DNA of 64,000 bases from an uncultured Rhodospirillales bacterium. GTDB lineage: Bacteria > Pseudomonadota > Alphaproteobacteria > Acetobacterales > Acetobacteraceae. The stretch spans positions 40,003 through 104,002 of the forward strand of contig CAIMWH010000063.1 in the NCBI GenBank assembly GCA_903845065.1, read 5' to 3'. Under the pieces are notes generated by a model, which had not been told where the DNA came from, did no database searches, and saw only the letters and a list, made by a program, of their open reading frames with translations. Shown one piece after another: positions 19,162 to 28,723 of the stretch (position 1 is its first letter; every line of letters starts with the position of its first letter). The position numbers and the translations under genes were made by a program.

Positions 19162-19827
19162 ATGATCCGCATTCTTTTCGCTGCCCTGCTCGCCCTCGTC
19201 CCCTTCGCCGCCCAGGCGCAAACCGAGCAGCAAACCCTGGTCGACCGCTCCACCCTCGTCGTGCAGGAAATGCTCGGCGACCAGAACGCCACTGACGCGC
19301 GCAACCTGCTGAAGCGGTCCAAGGGTGCCATGGTGTGCCCGCGCATCTTCAAGGCCGGCTTCTTCGTCGGCGGCCAGGGCGGCGGCTGCGTGCTGGTTGG
19401 CCGCGGGCCGGACGGCAAATGGTCGTCCCCCGCCTTCTACAGCATGGGCAGCGCCAGCGTCGGCCTGCAGATCGGCGTCCAGGATGCCGAGATGATCTTC
19501 ATCGTGCTGACCGAAAAAGGCCTCCAGGCCCTGCTCGACAGCCAGTTCAAATTCGGTGCGGACGCCTCCGTGGCCGTCGCCTCCATCGGCGCCGGCGTCT
19601 CGGGCTCCACCACCGCGGCACTGCGCGCCGACATCGTCTCCTTCGCCCAGGCGCGCGGCCTGTTCGCCGGCATCTCGCTCGAAGGCAGCCTGCTGTCCAA
19701 CAAGTCCGACTGGAACACCGCCTATTACGGCAAGCCCATCGGTGCCCAGCAGCTCGTCATCGGCCAGGAAGGCCAGAACCAGGGCGCGGCCCCGTTGCAG
19801 GAAATGCTGGCCCGCTACGCGCAATAG
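19162..19827 (+). CDS. secreted SYLF (Ysc84/DUF500) lipid-binding domain protein
   Basis: ATG 19162. The signal peptide is MIRILFAALLALVPFAAQA. The glycine-rich SYLF-type core includes FFVGGQGGGCVLV, GLQIG and FGADASVA. Confidence 0.8.
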   Translation: MIRILFAALLALVPFAAQAQTEQQTLVDRSTLVVQEMLGDQNATDARNLLKRSKGAMVCPRIFKAGFFVGGQGGGCVLVGRGPDGKWSSPAFYSMGSASVGLQIGVQDAEMIFIVLTEKGLQALLDSQFKFGADASVAVASIGAGVSGSTTAALRADIVSFAQARGLFAGISLEGSLLSNKSDWNTAYYGKPIGAQQLVIGQEGQNQGAAPLQEMLARYAQ

Positions 19828-19872
19828 AGGTCGCTGTAGCCCTGCGGGCCCGGCTTCGCTAGTTTGGGCCCA

Positions 19873-20373
19873 ATGGATGCCGCCCCGCCGTTCTGGAAGA
19901 TCAAAGCCCTCGACGAGATGAGTCGCGAGGAATGGGAATCCCTGTGTGACGGCTGCGGCCGCTGCTGCCTCCACAAGCTGCGCTACGAACCGGTCAAGAG
20001 CGGCGGCACCGGCGACCTCGCCTTCACCAACGTCGCCTGCCGCCTGCTCAACCTCGAAACCGCCCAATGCTCCGACTACACCAACCGGCGCCGCAAGGTG
20101 CCGGATTGCGTGCATTTGACGCCCGCCGACCTCAAGGAGATCGACTGGCTGCCTCCAAGCTGCGGCTACCGCCTGGTTGCCCAGGGCAAGGACCTCGCCT
20201 GGTGGCATCCGCTGGTCTCCGGCGACCCCACCACCGTCCATACCGCCGGCGTCTCCGTCCAGGGCCGCGTCATCAGCGAGAAAAAGGCCGGCTTGCTCGA
20301 ACACCATCTTGCCGACTGGCCCGGGAAAATGCCCCGGCCGCGCCGGCCAAAACCGAAACAGGAAGAAGTCTGA
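19873..20373 (+). CDS. ycgN: UPF0260 YcgN-family protein (YkgJ-type Cys cluster)
   Basis: ATG 19873 (the track start at 19864 is TTG). Motifs: [26 protein letters not shown] and [10 protein letters not shown]. Confidence 0.85.
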   Translation: MDAAPPFWKIKALDEMSREEWESLCDGCGRCCLHKLRYEPVKSGGTGDLAFTNVACRLLNLETAQCSDYTNRRRKVPDCVHLTPADLKEIDWLPPSCGYRLVAQGKDLAWWHPLVSGDPTTVHTAGVSVQGRVISEKKAGLLEHHLADWPGKMPRPRRPKPKQEEV

Positions 20374-21293
20374 TGCTGAAGGATGCCATCTACGGCGGCG
20401 TGAACGCGGCGGTGCTCACCGCCATGAACCCCGACCTCTCCGTCGACCTCGATCGCATGGCCGCGCACAGCAAGTGGCTGCTCGCCAACGGCTGCAACGG
20501 CCTCGGCGTGCTCGGCACCACCGGGGAGGCCAACTCGATGGGCATCTCGGAGCGCCTGTCCATCATGGAAGGGCTGACCCAGCGCGGCATCCCCGGCCGC
20601 GTGATGATGCCCGGCACCGGCACCACCAACATCCCCGACACCGTGCTGCTCACCCGCCGCGCCGAGGAACTCGGCTGCCGCGGCGCCCTGCTGCTGCCGC
20701 CGTTCTTCTACAAGAACCCTTCCGATGACGGCCTGTTCGCCTATTTCTCCGAGGTGATCCAGCGCGTCGGCGGCGACATCAAGTTCTACCTCTACCACTT
20801 CCCCGCCCAATCAGCGGTGCCCTTCGGCATCGACCTCATTGGCCGCCTGCTGAAGGCCTATCCGGGCAAGGTGAAGGGCATCAAGGACAGCTCGGGCGAT
20901 TTCGCCAACACCAAATCCTACGCCGACCACTTCGCCAAGGACGGCTTCGAGGTGTTCTGCGGCGATGACGGCGCGCTGCACTCCCTGCTGAACGCGGGCG
21001 GCGCCGGCTGCATCACGGCCGCCGCCAACGTCGGCTGCGCGGTGAGCCAGATCGTCTATTCCAACTGGAACAACGCCGTCGGCGCCGATGCCCAGGTGAC
21101 GCTCGCCGCCATCCGCAAGGCCGTCGTCTCCGCGCCGCTGATCCCCGGCCTCAAAGCCCTGGTCGCCCGCAACACCGGCAACCCCGCCTGGCACAACATC
21201 CGCCCGCCGCACCTGGCCCTCGGCGCCGAAGCCCAGGCGAAGCTGTTCGCCAATTTCGACGCCTGCGGCGTGGCCCTCGCCGCGGCGGCCTGA
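20373..21293 (+). CDS. dihydrodipicolinate synthase family (class I aldolase) protein
   Basis: ATG 20373 shares one base with the ycgN stop (TGATG). It has GTTGE, a YHFP-type region and IKDSSGD (Schiff-base Lys context). Confidence 0.85.
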   Translation: MLKDAIYGGVNAAVLTAMNPDLSVDLDRMAAHSKWLLANGCNGLGVLGTTGEANSMGISERLSIMEGLTQRGIPGRVMMPGTGTTNIPDTVLLTRRAEELGCRGALLLPPFFYKNPSDDGLFAYFSEVIQRVGGDIKFYLYHFPAQSAVPFGIDLIGRLLKAYPGKVKGIKDSSGDFANTKSYADHFAKDGFEVFCGDDGALHSLLNAGGAGCITAAANVGCAVSQIVYSNWNNAVGADAQVTLAAIRKAVVSAPLIPGLKALVARNTGNPAWHNIRPPHLALGAEAQAKLFANFDACGVALAAAA

Positions 21294-21303
21294 ACCGTTA
21301 GGG

Positions 21304-22089
21304 GTGGCCCACCAACCCTCCTTGTGGGACCGTTTTGCCGCCGCCATCCGTCCGGCGGCGCGCAAACCGGTCCGCAAGGCTGCCCCGCCACCCGCCCCCC
21401 TGTCTGAAATCCTCCCCCTCCCCGGCGGCCCCACCCGCGTCGAATGGCGCCGCAGCGCCCGCGCCCGGCGCATCAGCCTGCGCATTGATCCCAAGGGCGG
21501 CGCGGTGGTGATCACCCTGCCCACCCGTGCCGCCCGCCAATCCGGCATGGCCCTCCTGATGGACAACGCCGCCTGGGTGTCCGAACGCCTCGCCGCTCTG
21601 CCCGGCCAGATCGCCTTCGAACACGGCGCCGAAGTGCCGCTGCACGGCATCGCCCACCGCATCCACCACATCGGCGGCCGCGGCGGCGTCTGGCTCGAAG
21701 GCCGGCAAATCAACGTCACCGGAGACCCCGCCTTCCTCGCCCGCCGCGTCACCGATTTCCTGCGCGCCACCGCGCGGGACCGCCTGGCTGCCCTCGCCCT
21801 CGAGAAATCCGCCCTCGCCGGCGTCCGCCCCAAGCGCGTCTCGGTCAAAGACACCCGCTCGCGCTGGGGCAGTTGCGCCGCCGACCGCTCGCTCGCCTTC
21901 TCCTGGCGCCTCATTCTCGCCCCGGAGTTCGTGCAGGATTACGTCGCTGCCCACGAGGTCGCCCATTTGCGCCACATGAACCATGGTCCGCAATTCTGGG
22001 CCCTGGTGGGCGAACTCACCCCGCATACGGATGCGGCAATGCAATGGCTGCGGTCCGAGGGGCCGCGCCTGTTAAGGATTGGATCATGA
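21304..22089 (+). CDS. YgjP-like (DUF45/M48-related) metal-dependent hydrolase
   Basis: GTG start. It has RWGSC and the zinc motif HEVAHLRHMNHGPQFW. Confidence 0.8.
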   Translation: MAHQPSLWDRFAAAIRPAARKPVRKAAPPPAPLSEILPLPGGPTRVEWRRSARARRISLRIDPKGGAVVITLPTRAARQSGMALLMDNAAWVSERLAALPGQIAFEHGAEVPLHGIAHRIHHIGGRGGVWLEGRQINVTGDPAFLARRVTDFLRATARDRLAALALEKSALAGVRPKRVSVKDTRSRWGSCAADRSLAFSWRLILAPEFVQDYVAAHEVAHLRHMNHGPQFWALVGELTPHTDAAMQWLRSEGPRLLRIGS

Positions 22090-22631
22090 ACGGATTACGC
22101 GCGGTGCTCGCCGCCGCCGATACCGCGGCCCGCTGGCACGCCGAGCAGCGTCGCAAGGGCGAGGCCCAGGAGCCCTACATCAACCACCTGCTGGAAGTCG
22201 CCCACCTCGTCGCCGAAGCCACTGACGGTCGTGACCCCGACCTCATCATCGCCGCCCTGCTGCATGATGCCATCGAGGACTCCGGCATCTCGGAAGCCGA
22301 AATCGCCGACACCTTCGGTGCCGATGTCGCCGCCCTCGTCGTCGCCGTCACCGACGACAAGTCCCTCCCCAAGGCCGAGCGCAAGCGCCTGCAGATCGCC
22401 CATGCCCCCACCAAGCCCGAGCGCGCCAAGATCCTCAAACTGGCCGACAAAACCAGCAACCTGCGCGCCATGGCCAAAAGTCCGCCGGCCAATTGGAGCC
22501 ACGAACGCCGCGCCGAATACATCGCCTGGGCCCGCGCCGTGGTCGCCGGCGTGCGCGGCACCAACGCCTGGCTCGAAGCGGTATTCGATGACGCCGCGGC
22601 CGAAGCCGATCGGGCGCTCGCCGCCGCCTAG
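22086..22631 (+). CDS. small HD-domain protein of the SpoT/Mesh1 (p)ppGpp-hydrolase type
   Basis: ATG 22086 overlaps the previous stop as ATGA. Motifs: HLLEVAHLV, AALLHDAIED, FGADVAALVVAVTDD. It has no synthetase domain. Confidence 0.8.
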   Translation: MNGLRAVLAAADTAARWHAEQRRKGEAQEPYINHLLEVAHLVAEATDGRDPDLIIAALLHDAIEDSGISEAEIADTFGADVAALVVAVTDDKSLPKAERKRLQIAHAPTKPERAKILKLADKTSNLRAMAKSPPANWSHERRAEYIAWARAVVAGVRGTNAWLEAVFDDAAAEADRALAAA

Positions 22632-23470
22632 CCCTTCAACCCCGTCAGCGCCATGTTCTCGATAATCCGCCGGCGCAGCAGAATGAACACGATCAGCATC
22701 GGCACCACGCTCACCACCGAACCGGCCATCAGCTTGCCGGTATCGGCGCTGAAGCGGAACTGAAACGCCGTCAGCCCCAGTTCCATGTTGAACAGCATCT
22801 GGTCGTTGGCCACCAGCAGCGGCCAGATGAAAATGCCCCAGCCCTGGATAAAGGCGAAAATCCCCACCGCCGACAACGCGTTGCCGGACAACGGCGCGAT
22901 CACCCGCGCCATGATCCACCACTCGCCGGCTCCATCCACCCGCCCGGCCTCCATCAACTCGGTCGGGATGGCGGAACTGACGTGCTGGCGCATCAGGAAA
23001 ATGCCGAACGCCATGAACAGATAGGGCAGGATGATGCCCTGGTAGGTGTTCACCCATTCGATATCCACCAGTTGGATATACAACGGGATCATATACGCCT
23101 CGAACGGCACAATCGCGGTCGCCAGCACCATCCCGAACAGCAAGCCCCGCCCGGGAAACTGGTATTTCCCGAACACCGTCCCCGCCACCAGCGAGGTGAC
23201 GATCACCGAAACCGTGCTCACCACAGCGATCAGCACCGAGTTCAGGAAAAACCGCGCGAACGGCGCCGTTTCGAACGCCCCGCTGAAATTCTCGAACGAC
23301 CACTCCTTCGGCAGAAAAACCGGCGGCCAGATCGCGATCTCGGCGGCCGATTTGAACGCCGTCACCAGCATCCACAGCATCGGCAACACCATCAACAGCC
23401 CGCCCGTCATCAACACGACATGGCAGGCCACCAACCCGATCCGGCGGCCGAGCGAGCGCTTGCGTGCCAT
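22628..23470 (-). CDS. carbohydrate ABC transporter permease (MalG-like)
   Basis: 280 aa with six TM segments and EAA-loop context ELMEAGRVDGAGEW. Confidence 0.9.
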   Translation of the reverse strand: MARKRSLGRRIGLVACHVVLMTGGLLMVLPMLWMLVTAFKSAAEIAIWPPVFLPKEWSFENFSGAFETAPFARFFLNSVLIAVVSTVSVIVTSLVAGTVFGKYQFPGRGLLFGMVLATAIVPFEAYMIPLYIQLVDIEWVNTYQGIILPYLFMAFGIFLMRQHVSSAIPTELMEAGRVDGAGEWWIMARVIAPLSGNALSAVGIFAFIQGWGIFIWPLLVANDQMLFNMELGLTAFQFRFSADTGKLMAGSVVSVVPMLIVFILLRRRIIENMALTGLKG

Positions 23471-23471
23471 C

Positions 23472-24389
23472 TCAGCCCTCCTTCACCTTGTCTTCCCGCA
23501 CCAGCGAGAACTGCACCACCGTCAATCCCAGCACGATCAGCGTCAGGATCACCGCCTCCGCCGAGGCATATCCCATGCGGAAGAACTGGAACCCGTTGGT
23601 ATAGATATCGAACACCAGCATCCGCACCGCCTGCCCGGGCGCCGACTGGGAGCCCAGCGTCATCACATAAACCTGGGTGAACACGTTGTACGCAGCGATT
23701 GTGGACGTCACCAGAACATACAGCAGGATCGGCCGCAGCAACGGCAATGTAATCCGCCAGAACCTCTGCCAGTCCGACGCCCCGTCCAGGCTCGCCGCCT
23801 CCATGTATTCAAGCGGGATATTGCGGATGCCCACCAGGAACAACACCATGTTGTATCCCAGCACCTTCCACACCCCCATCACCACCAGCGCCCACAGCGC
23901 GATGTCCGGATCGGTGAGCCACGGCACCGAGGGCAGCCCCACCAACGAGAACCCGTAGTTCAGAATCCCGTAGTTGTAGTCATAGATCCACTTCCACGCG
24001 ATCGACACCGGCACCATCGGCGTAATCACCGGCAAGAAGTACACTGTTTGATAGAACGCCGACAACCGTGACTTCCGGCTCAAAAACACCGCCAGCGGCA
24101 ACGCGATGGCCGTGCTCAGCAGCACCGTCGAAAACGAGTAGATCGTGGTGTTCTTCAACGCCAGGATGAAGTTCTCGTCGTCGAGCAGCCCGAGGTAATT
24201 GTCGAACCCCACGAACGGCCGGCGCGGACTGATGAGGTTCCACTTGTAGAAACTCAGCAGAAAGCTGAAGCCGATCGGGATGATCCGCACATACAGGAAC
24301 AATGCCACGATCGGCAGCAACGCCACGTAGCAGAACAACATGATGCGCCTGCGACGGAAAAACCGCCGCAGGGCCGTTGCATCGAACAC
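23472..24389 (-). CDS. carbohydrate ABC transporter permease (MalF-like)
   Basis: 305 aa with EYMEAASLDGASDWQRFWRITLP. The start at 24389 is GTG; an alternative ATG lies at 24341. Confidence 0.9.
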   Translation of the reverse strand: MFDATALRRFFRRRRIMLFCYVALLPIVALFLYVRIIPIGFSFLLSFYKWNLISPRRPFVGFDNYLGLLDDENFILALKNTTIYSFSTVLLSTAIALPLAVFLSRKSRLSAFYQTVYFLPVITPMVPVSIAWKWIYDYNYGILNYGFSLVGLPSVPWLTDPDIALWALVVMGVWKVLGYNMVLFLVGIRNIPLEYMEAASLDGASDWQRFWRITLPLLRPILLYVLVTSTIAAYNVFTQVYVMTLGSQSAPGQAVRMLVFDIYTNGFQFFRMGYASAEAVILTLIVLGLTVVQFSLVREDKVKEG

Positions 24390-24394
24390 CGGGA

Positions 24395-25702
24395 TCAGGT
24401 GCCGTAGAGGTCGTTCTGCTTCAAAATCTGGTCCGTCTGCGCCGCCGCCGTCTTGATGAACGCCGCCAGCTTGGCCGGGTCCTGCATCGCCGGATCGGCA
24501 TACGCACCTGGCAGCCGGTCAGCCAGCCGGGTCTCGATCTCGTTCCACGCCGCCATCACCGGCTCGGGATAGAACTGCATCCCCTCCGCCGGCGCGACGA
24601 ACTCCTTGTACTGCGGAATTTCCTTCAACAGCGGCGACCAATCCACATCCGACCGCGCCGCCACCCAACCCGACATCTGGGTCAGCGCCACGCTGGCTTC
24701 CTTGCTCGACAGGAACACCATGAAATCATACGCGGCATCGATGTTCTTCGATTTCGCATTCACCCACAGCCCGTTGTGCTGCAACAGCGTCTTGTGCGGC
24801 CCGCTGCCCCAGGCCGGCATCGGCGCCACGCCGTAATCGAGCGTCGGGTTCTGCTTCTTGATCTCCCCGATCACCCACGCCTCGCGCATCAGCATCGCGG
24901 TATTAGCAGCCACGAAGGCGGCCGAGTCATGCTGCACCTTGGGGTCGTCCACCTTCTCCACCTGCACCGCATCGACGTAGTATTTCAATGCGTTGCGCCC
25001 GGCGTCGTTGTCATAGCCCTGGTGGAATTTGCCCTTCCCGTTCGGCACGATCAGCGTGCCGCCGGCCGGCTCCAGGATGAAGCGGAACTTCTCCGCGATC
25101 CCGCTGCCCTGGCCGGACAGTCGCAGGCTCATGCCCGAGCGGATCATCTTGCCGGAAGCATCGAACTTGGTGAGTTTCTTGGCGAACGCCATCTTCTCCT
25201 GGAACGTGTTCGGCGGCCCGGCGAGCCCAGCCTCCTTGAACATCGTCTTGTTCCAGAACATCGCCGGCGTGCTGAACAGCATCGGCAGCCCGTAGGTCTT
25301 GCCCTCGGTGGTGAACTGCTCAACGCTTGATTTCCGATAGGCGCCACTCTTCAGCAGCCCATCGACGGACGCCGGATTGGGCTTCACCAGGCCGGCCTCG
25401 ATAAAGGTGATCCCCAGGATCTGCCCCACGTCGAACACATCGGGCCCGGTTCCGGTCGGCACCGCGGCGGCCAGTTTTTGCTCATGTTCGCGCAGCGAGG
25501 TGCTGAACACCGTCACCTTGGTGCCCTTGGCCTTCGTATAGGCCTCGCCGATCGCCTTGTACCACGGCTCCAGTTCAGGATACCCGGTCCATACCGCCAG
25601 CGTCACATCCGCGGCAGCCGCCGGCCCGCCGGCCATTGCCGCGGCCCCCGCCCCTGCCGCCAACTGAAGTGCGCCGCGCCGTCCGATCGTGGTGTTGCTC
25701 AT
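24395..25702 (-). CDS. ABC transporter extracellular solute-binding protein, family 1 (sugar type)
   Basis: 435 aa. The signal is MSNTTIGRRGALQLAAGAGAAAMAGGPAAA. It leads the permease genes. No ATPase gene belongs to this operon within the window. Confidence 0.9.
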   Translation of the reverse strand: MSNTTIGRRGALQLAAGAGAAAMAGGPAAAADVTLAVWTGYPELEPWYKAIGEAYTKAKGTKVTVFSTSLREHEQKLAAAVPTGTGPDVFDVGQILGITFIEAGLVKPNPASVDGLLKSGAYRKSSVEQFTTEGKTYGLPMLFSTPAMFWNKTMFKEAGLAGPPNTFQEKMAFAKKLTKFDASGKMIRSGMSLRLSGQGSGIAEKFRFILEPAGGTLIVPNGKGKFHQGYDNDAGRNALKYYVDAVQVEKVDDPKVQHDSAAFVAANTAMLMREAWVIGEIKKQNPTLDYGVAPMPAWGSGPHKTLLQHNGLWVNAKSKNIDAAYDFMVFLSSKEASVALTQMSGWVAARSDVDWSPLLKEIPQYKEFVAPAEGMQFYPEPVMAAWNEIETRLADRLPGAYADPAMQDPAKLAAFIKTAAAQTDQILKQNDLYGT

Positions 25703-26033
25703 GTCGGTCCCCCCGAAAGTTCAAGCTTACGCCGTGAATTTTCCTTTGCGCAACCACGCCGCCGCGCCGGCCGCCGCAGGCCCCGCGTCGGCTACTGGAT
25801 ACAACAGATGTTGCGAGTTCGAACATTGCGCGCGCAAAGCAAACTCACCACCGGATGCCATCCCCGCAAGCATCCACCGCACAACAAATCCTAATATAAT
25901 CTTACATACCAAACATTTATTAAATATTATCCGTATCACGCGATATTGATCATTCTATTTGATTCCGATAACAGGAAGTAACGGCGGTTCATTCCCCGCA
26001 GCACCTCGAAACCGCCCACCAGGAGCACATACC

Positions 26034-26636
26034 GTGACAACAGCCAGCAAACTCGGCCGCGCCGCCGCCATCGCCATGCTCGCGCTGTCCGCCGCGTTGC
26101 TGCCAGGCGCCGCCGCAACCGCATCGCCGGTCCCGCCCACCGGTAATCGCCTGGTCAACCCGAGCTTCGAAACCGGCACCCTCTCCGGCTGGACCCGCAC
26201 CACCGGCGGCGCCGGCCTCAGCAACGGCTCGCTGCCCGGCAACATCGCCGCCCACGACGGCATCTGGGAATTCGCCAACGGCGGCGATACCACCGTGCTC
26301 AGCCAGACCATCACCGATATCGCCGGCACCACCTACACTTTCGGCGTCTGGGAGATGGACATCATCGGCGGTGACACCCTCTCGTTGATCTTCGATGGCA
26401 ACACCATCCTCAGCACCGGCGCCCTCACCGACCAGACCGGCACCTGGACCTACTATTCCGCCCAGGTCACCGGCACCGGCTCCGATACCGTCGCCTTCAG
26501 CACCGCCGTGCCGATCGGCGTGATGCTGGTGGACGACACCAATTTCACCGCGGTCGCCACGCCCGAGCCCGCCTCGCTCGCCATCCTGGCCACCGGTCTG
26601 CTCGCCACCCTCACGCTGCGCCGCCGCCGCACCTGA
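26034..26636 (+). CDS. PEP-CTERM sorting-domain protein with beta-sandwich (CBM4_9/DUF642-like) domain
   Basis: GTG 26034 follows AGGAG (26019-26023). The signal peptide ends around AAATASP. The body starts NRLVNPSFETGTLSGW. The C-terminus is PEPASLAILATGLLATLTLRRRRT (PEP motif, TM, Arg cluster). Confidence 0.8.
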   Translation: MTTASKLGRAAAIAMLALSAALLPGAAATASPVPPTGNRLVNPSFETGTLSGWTRTTGGAGLSNGSLPGNIAAHDGIWEFANGGDTTVLSQTITDIAGTTYTFGVWEMDIIGGDTLSLIFDGNTILSTGALTDQTGTWTYYSAQVTGTGSDTVAFSTAVPIGVMLVDDTNFTAVATPEPASLAILATGLLATLTLRRRRT

Positions 26637-26727
26637 ACCCGCTTTCGGGGCCGCATCACGGGACAAGGCATCACGATCCCGCTTTGTGCGCCCCGCCCAT
26701 GATGATTTAGCCTTTCGCACCCGCAGC

Positions 26728-27915
26728 ATGACGCGTCATGCTGCGGCGATGGCGTTTCCCTCCTGGCTCCCCGTGCTGCTCGGCCTGCTCTCCGCCGTCG
26801 GGCCGCTCTCCACCGACATGTACCTGCCCGCCTTCCCCGCCATCGAGGCACAACTCGGCGGACGGGCGCAGATCACGCTGGCCACCTGGTTCGTCGGCCT
26901 CGCTTTCGGGCAGATGACGCAGGGCACCCTGTCGGACCGCTACGGCCGCCGGTTTCCGTTGCTGCTCGGCACCGGCCTCTTCACCATCGGCAGCATCGGC
27001 TGCGCCCTCGCGCCTGACCTCACCACGCTCGCCATCATGCGCCTGATCTGCGGCTTCGGCGGTTCGGCCGGCATGGTGATCACCCGCGCCATCGTGCGAG
27101 ACCTCGCCGACGGCCACGCCGCCGCCCGCCTGATGAGCCGCCTCACCCTTATCATGGGCGCCGCCCCCATCCTCGCCCCCAGCCTCGGCGGCGTGGTGAT
27201 GGCCTTCGCCGGCTGGCAGGCGATCTTCTGGATCCTCACCTTCTACGGCGCGGTATGCTGGATCGCCGTGGCGCGCTTCCTGCCCGAAACCCTGCCCGAA
27301 CGCGCCCGGGTGAAACTCGGCGCCGGCGCCATCGTGGCGCGCTACGCCCATGTGCTGGGCGAACGCAGCTTCATCACCAACACCCTGATGGGCGGCTTCG
27401 CCACGGCCGGGATGTTCTCCTACCTCGGCGGCTCGCCAGGCGTGTTCATTGACCTTTTCCAGCTATCGCCTGTGCAATACGGCGCCCTGTTCGGCGTATG
27501 CGCGGCCGGCTTCATCACCGCCTCGCAGATCAACCCGCGCATCCTGCCCCGCTTCGGCGCCGGCCGGGTGATGCGCATCGCGGTCCGCATTTTCGTGCTT
27601 GCCACCGCCACCATGCTGTTTTCCGCCGTCGTCGGCCCCTGGGGGTTCCTGTCGATCGGCATCCCGGTGTTCTTCTGCATGTCCTGCCAGGGCTTCACCA
27701 TGCCGAACACCGTGGTGGGCGCTCTCAGCCGCCACGCCAGCCACGCCGGCGCCGCCTCCGCCCTGATGGGCACCATCCATTTCTCCCTCGGCGCTGTCAG
27801 CGGCATGGTGGTCGGCCTGCTCACCGACGGCTCCGCCCGCCCCATGGCCGCCCTCATGTTCACCTGCGCCGTCTGCGCCGCGATCTGCGATTTGTGCCGC
27901 CCCCGCAGGCAATGA
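26728..27915 (+). CDS. MFS transporter, Bcr/CflA drug-resistance subfamily
   Basis: ATG 26728. It has GPLSTDMYLPAFPAI and LSDRYGRR motifs and 12 TM segments. Confidence 0.85.
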   Translation: MTRHAAAMAFPSWLPVLLGLLSAVGPLSTDMYLPAFPAIEAQLGGRAQITLATWFVGLAFGQMTQGTLSDRYGRRFPLLLGTGLFTIGSIGCALAPDLTTLAIMRLICGFGGSAGMVITRAIVRDLADGHAAARLMSRLTLIMGAAPILAPSLGGVVMAFAGWQAIFWILTFYGAVCWIAVARFLPETLPERARVKLGAGAIVARYAHVLGERSFITNTLMGGFATAGMFSYLGGSPGVFIDLFQLSPVQYGALFGVCAAGFITASQINPRILPRFGAGRVMRIAVRIFVLATATMLFSAVVGPWGFLSIGIPVFFCMSCQGFTMPNTVVGALSRHASHAGAASALMGTIHFSLGAVSGMVVGLLTDGSARPMAALMFTCAVCAAICDLCRPRRQ

Positions 27916-27952
27916 TAGCGTTGGGGAAATTCCACCGAAGGAACTGGTCCCC

Positions 27953-28720
27953 ATGAACCTGATCGTCGGCATCCCCGCCTGCTCGCGTGAGATCAGCGGC
28001 ATGATCCAGCATGCCACCCCGGCCCGCTACGGCGCGGCCCTCATCGGCGGCGCCGGCGCCCTGCCCATCCTGCTCCCCCCCGTCGGCGAAGGCCTCACCG
28101 CGTTGGTTGACCGGCTCGACGGCCTCCTGCTCTCCGGCAGCCCCTCCAACGTCGAACCCCGCAACTACGGCATCGACGAAGACCTCACCCCCGGCCTGCA
28201 TGATCCCCACCGGGACGCCACCACCCTGCCGCTGATCCGCGCTGCCCTCGCCCGCGGCCTGCCCATTCTCGCCATCTGCCGCGGCATCCAGGAACTCAAC
28301 GTCGCCCGCGGCGGCACCCTGATCCAGAAAGTCCAGGAAGTCCCCGGCCGGCATGACCATCGCGCCATGACCGATGACGAACCCCGAACCGAACCGCTCG
28401 ACTGGGACCATCTCTACCGCCACAAGCACAGCGTCACCCTCACCGGCCACATCGCCCGCACGGTCGGCGCCACCGAGATCATGGTGAACTCCCTGCACCA
28501 GCAATCCATCGACCGCCCAGGCGAAGGCGTCATCGTCGAGGGCCATGCCGATGACGGCACCATCGAGGCCGTCCGCATCGAGGGCGTCCCCGGTTTCGCC
28601 ATGGGCGTGCAGTGGCACCCCGAATACCACTACGCGTCGGACGCCGCCTCCGTCGCCATTTTCCGCGCCTTCGGGGATGCCTGCCGTGCCTGGCGCCGCG
28701 GCATCAAGAAAGCAGCCTGA
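27953..28720 (+). CDS. gamma-glutamyl-gamma-aminobutyrate hydrolase family protein (peptidase C26, class I glutamine amidotransferase-like)
   Basis: It has the nucleophile elbow LAICRGIQELN, plus NSLHQQ and GVQWHPE. Confidence 0.85.
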   Translation: MNLIVGIPACSREISGMIQHATPARYGAALIGGAGALPILLPPVGEGLTALVDRLDGLLLSGSPSNVEPRNYGIDEDLTPGLHDPHRDATTLPLIRAALARGLPILAICRGIQELNVARGGTLIQKVQEVPGRHDHRAMTDDEPRTEPLDWDHLYRHKHSVTLTGHIARTVGATEIMVNSLHQQSIDRPGEGVIVEGHADDGTIEAVRIEGVPGFAMGVQWHPEYHYASDAASVAIFRAFGDACRAWRRGIKKAA

Positions 28721-28723
28721 TCC

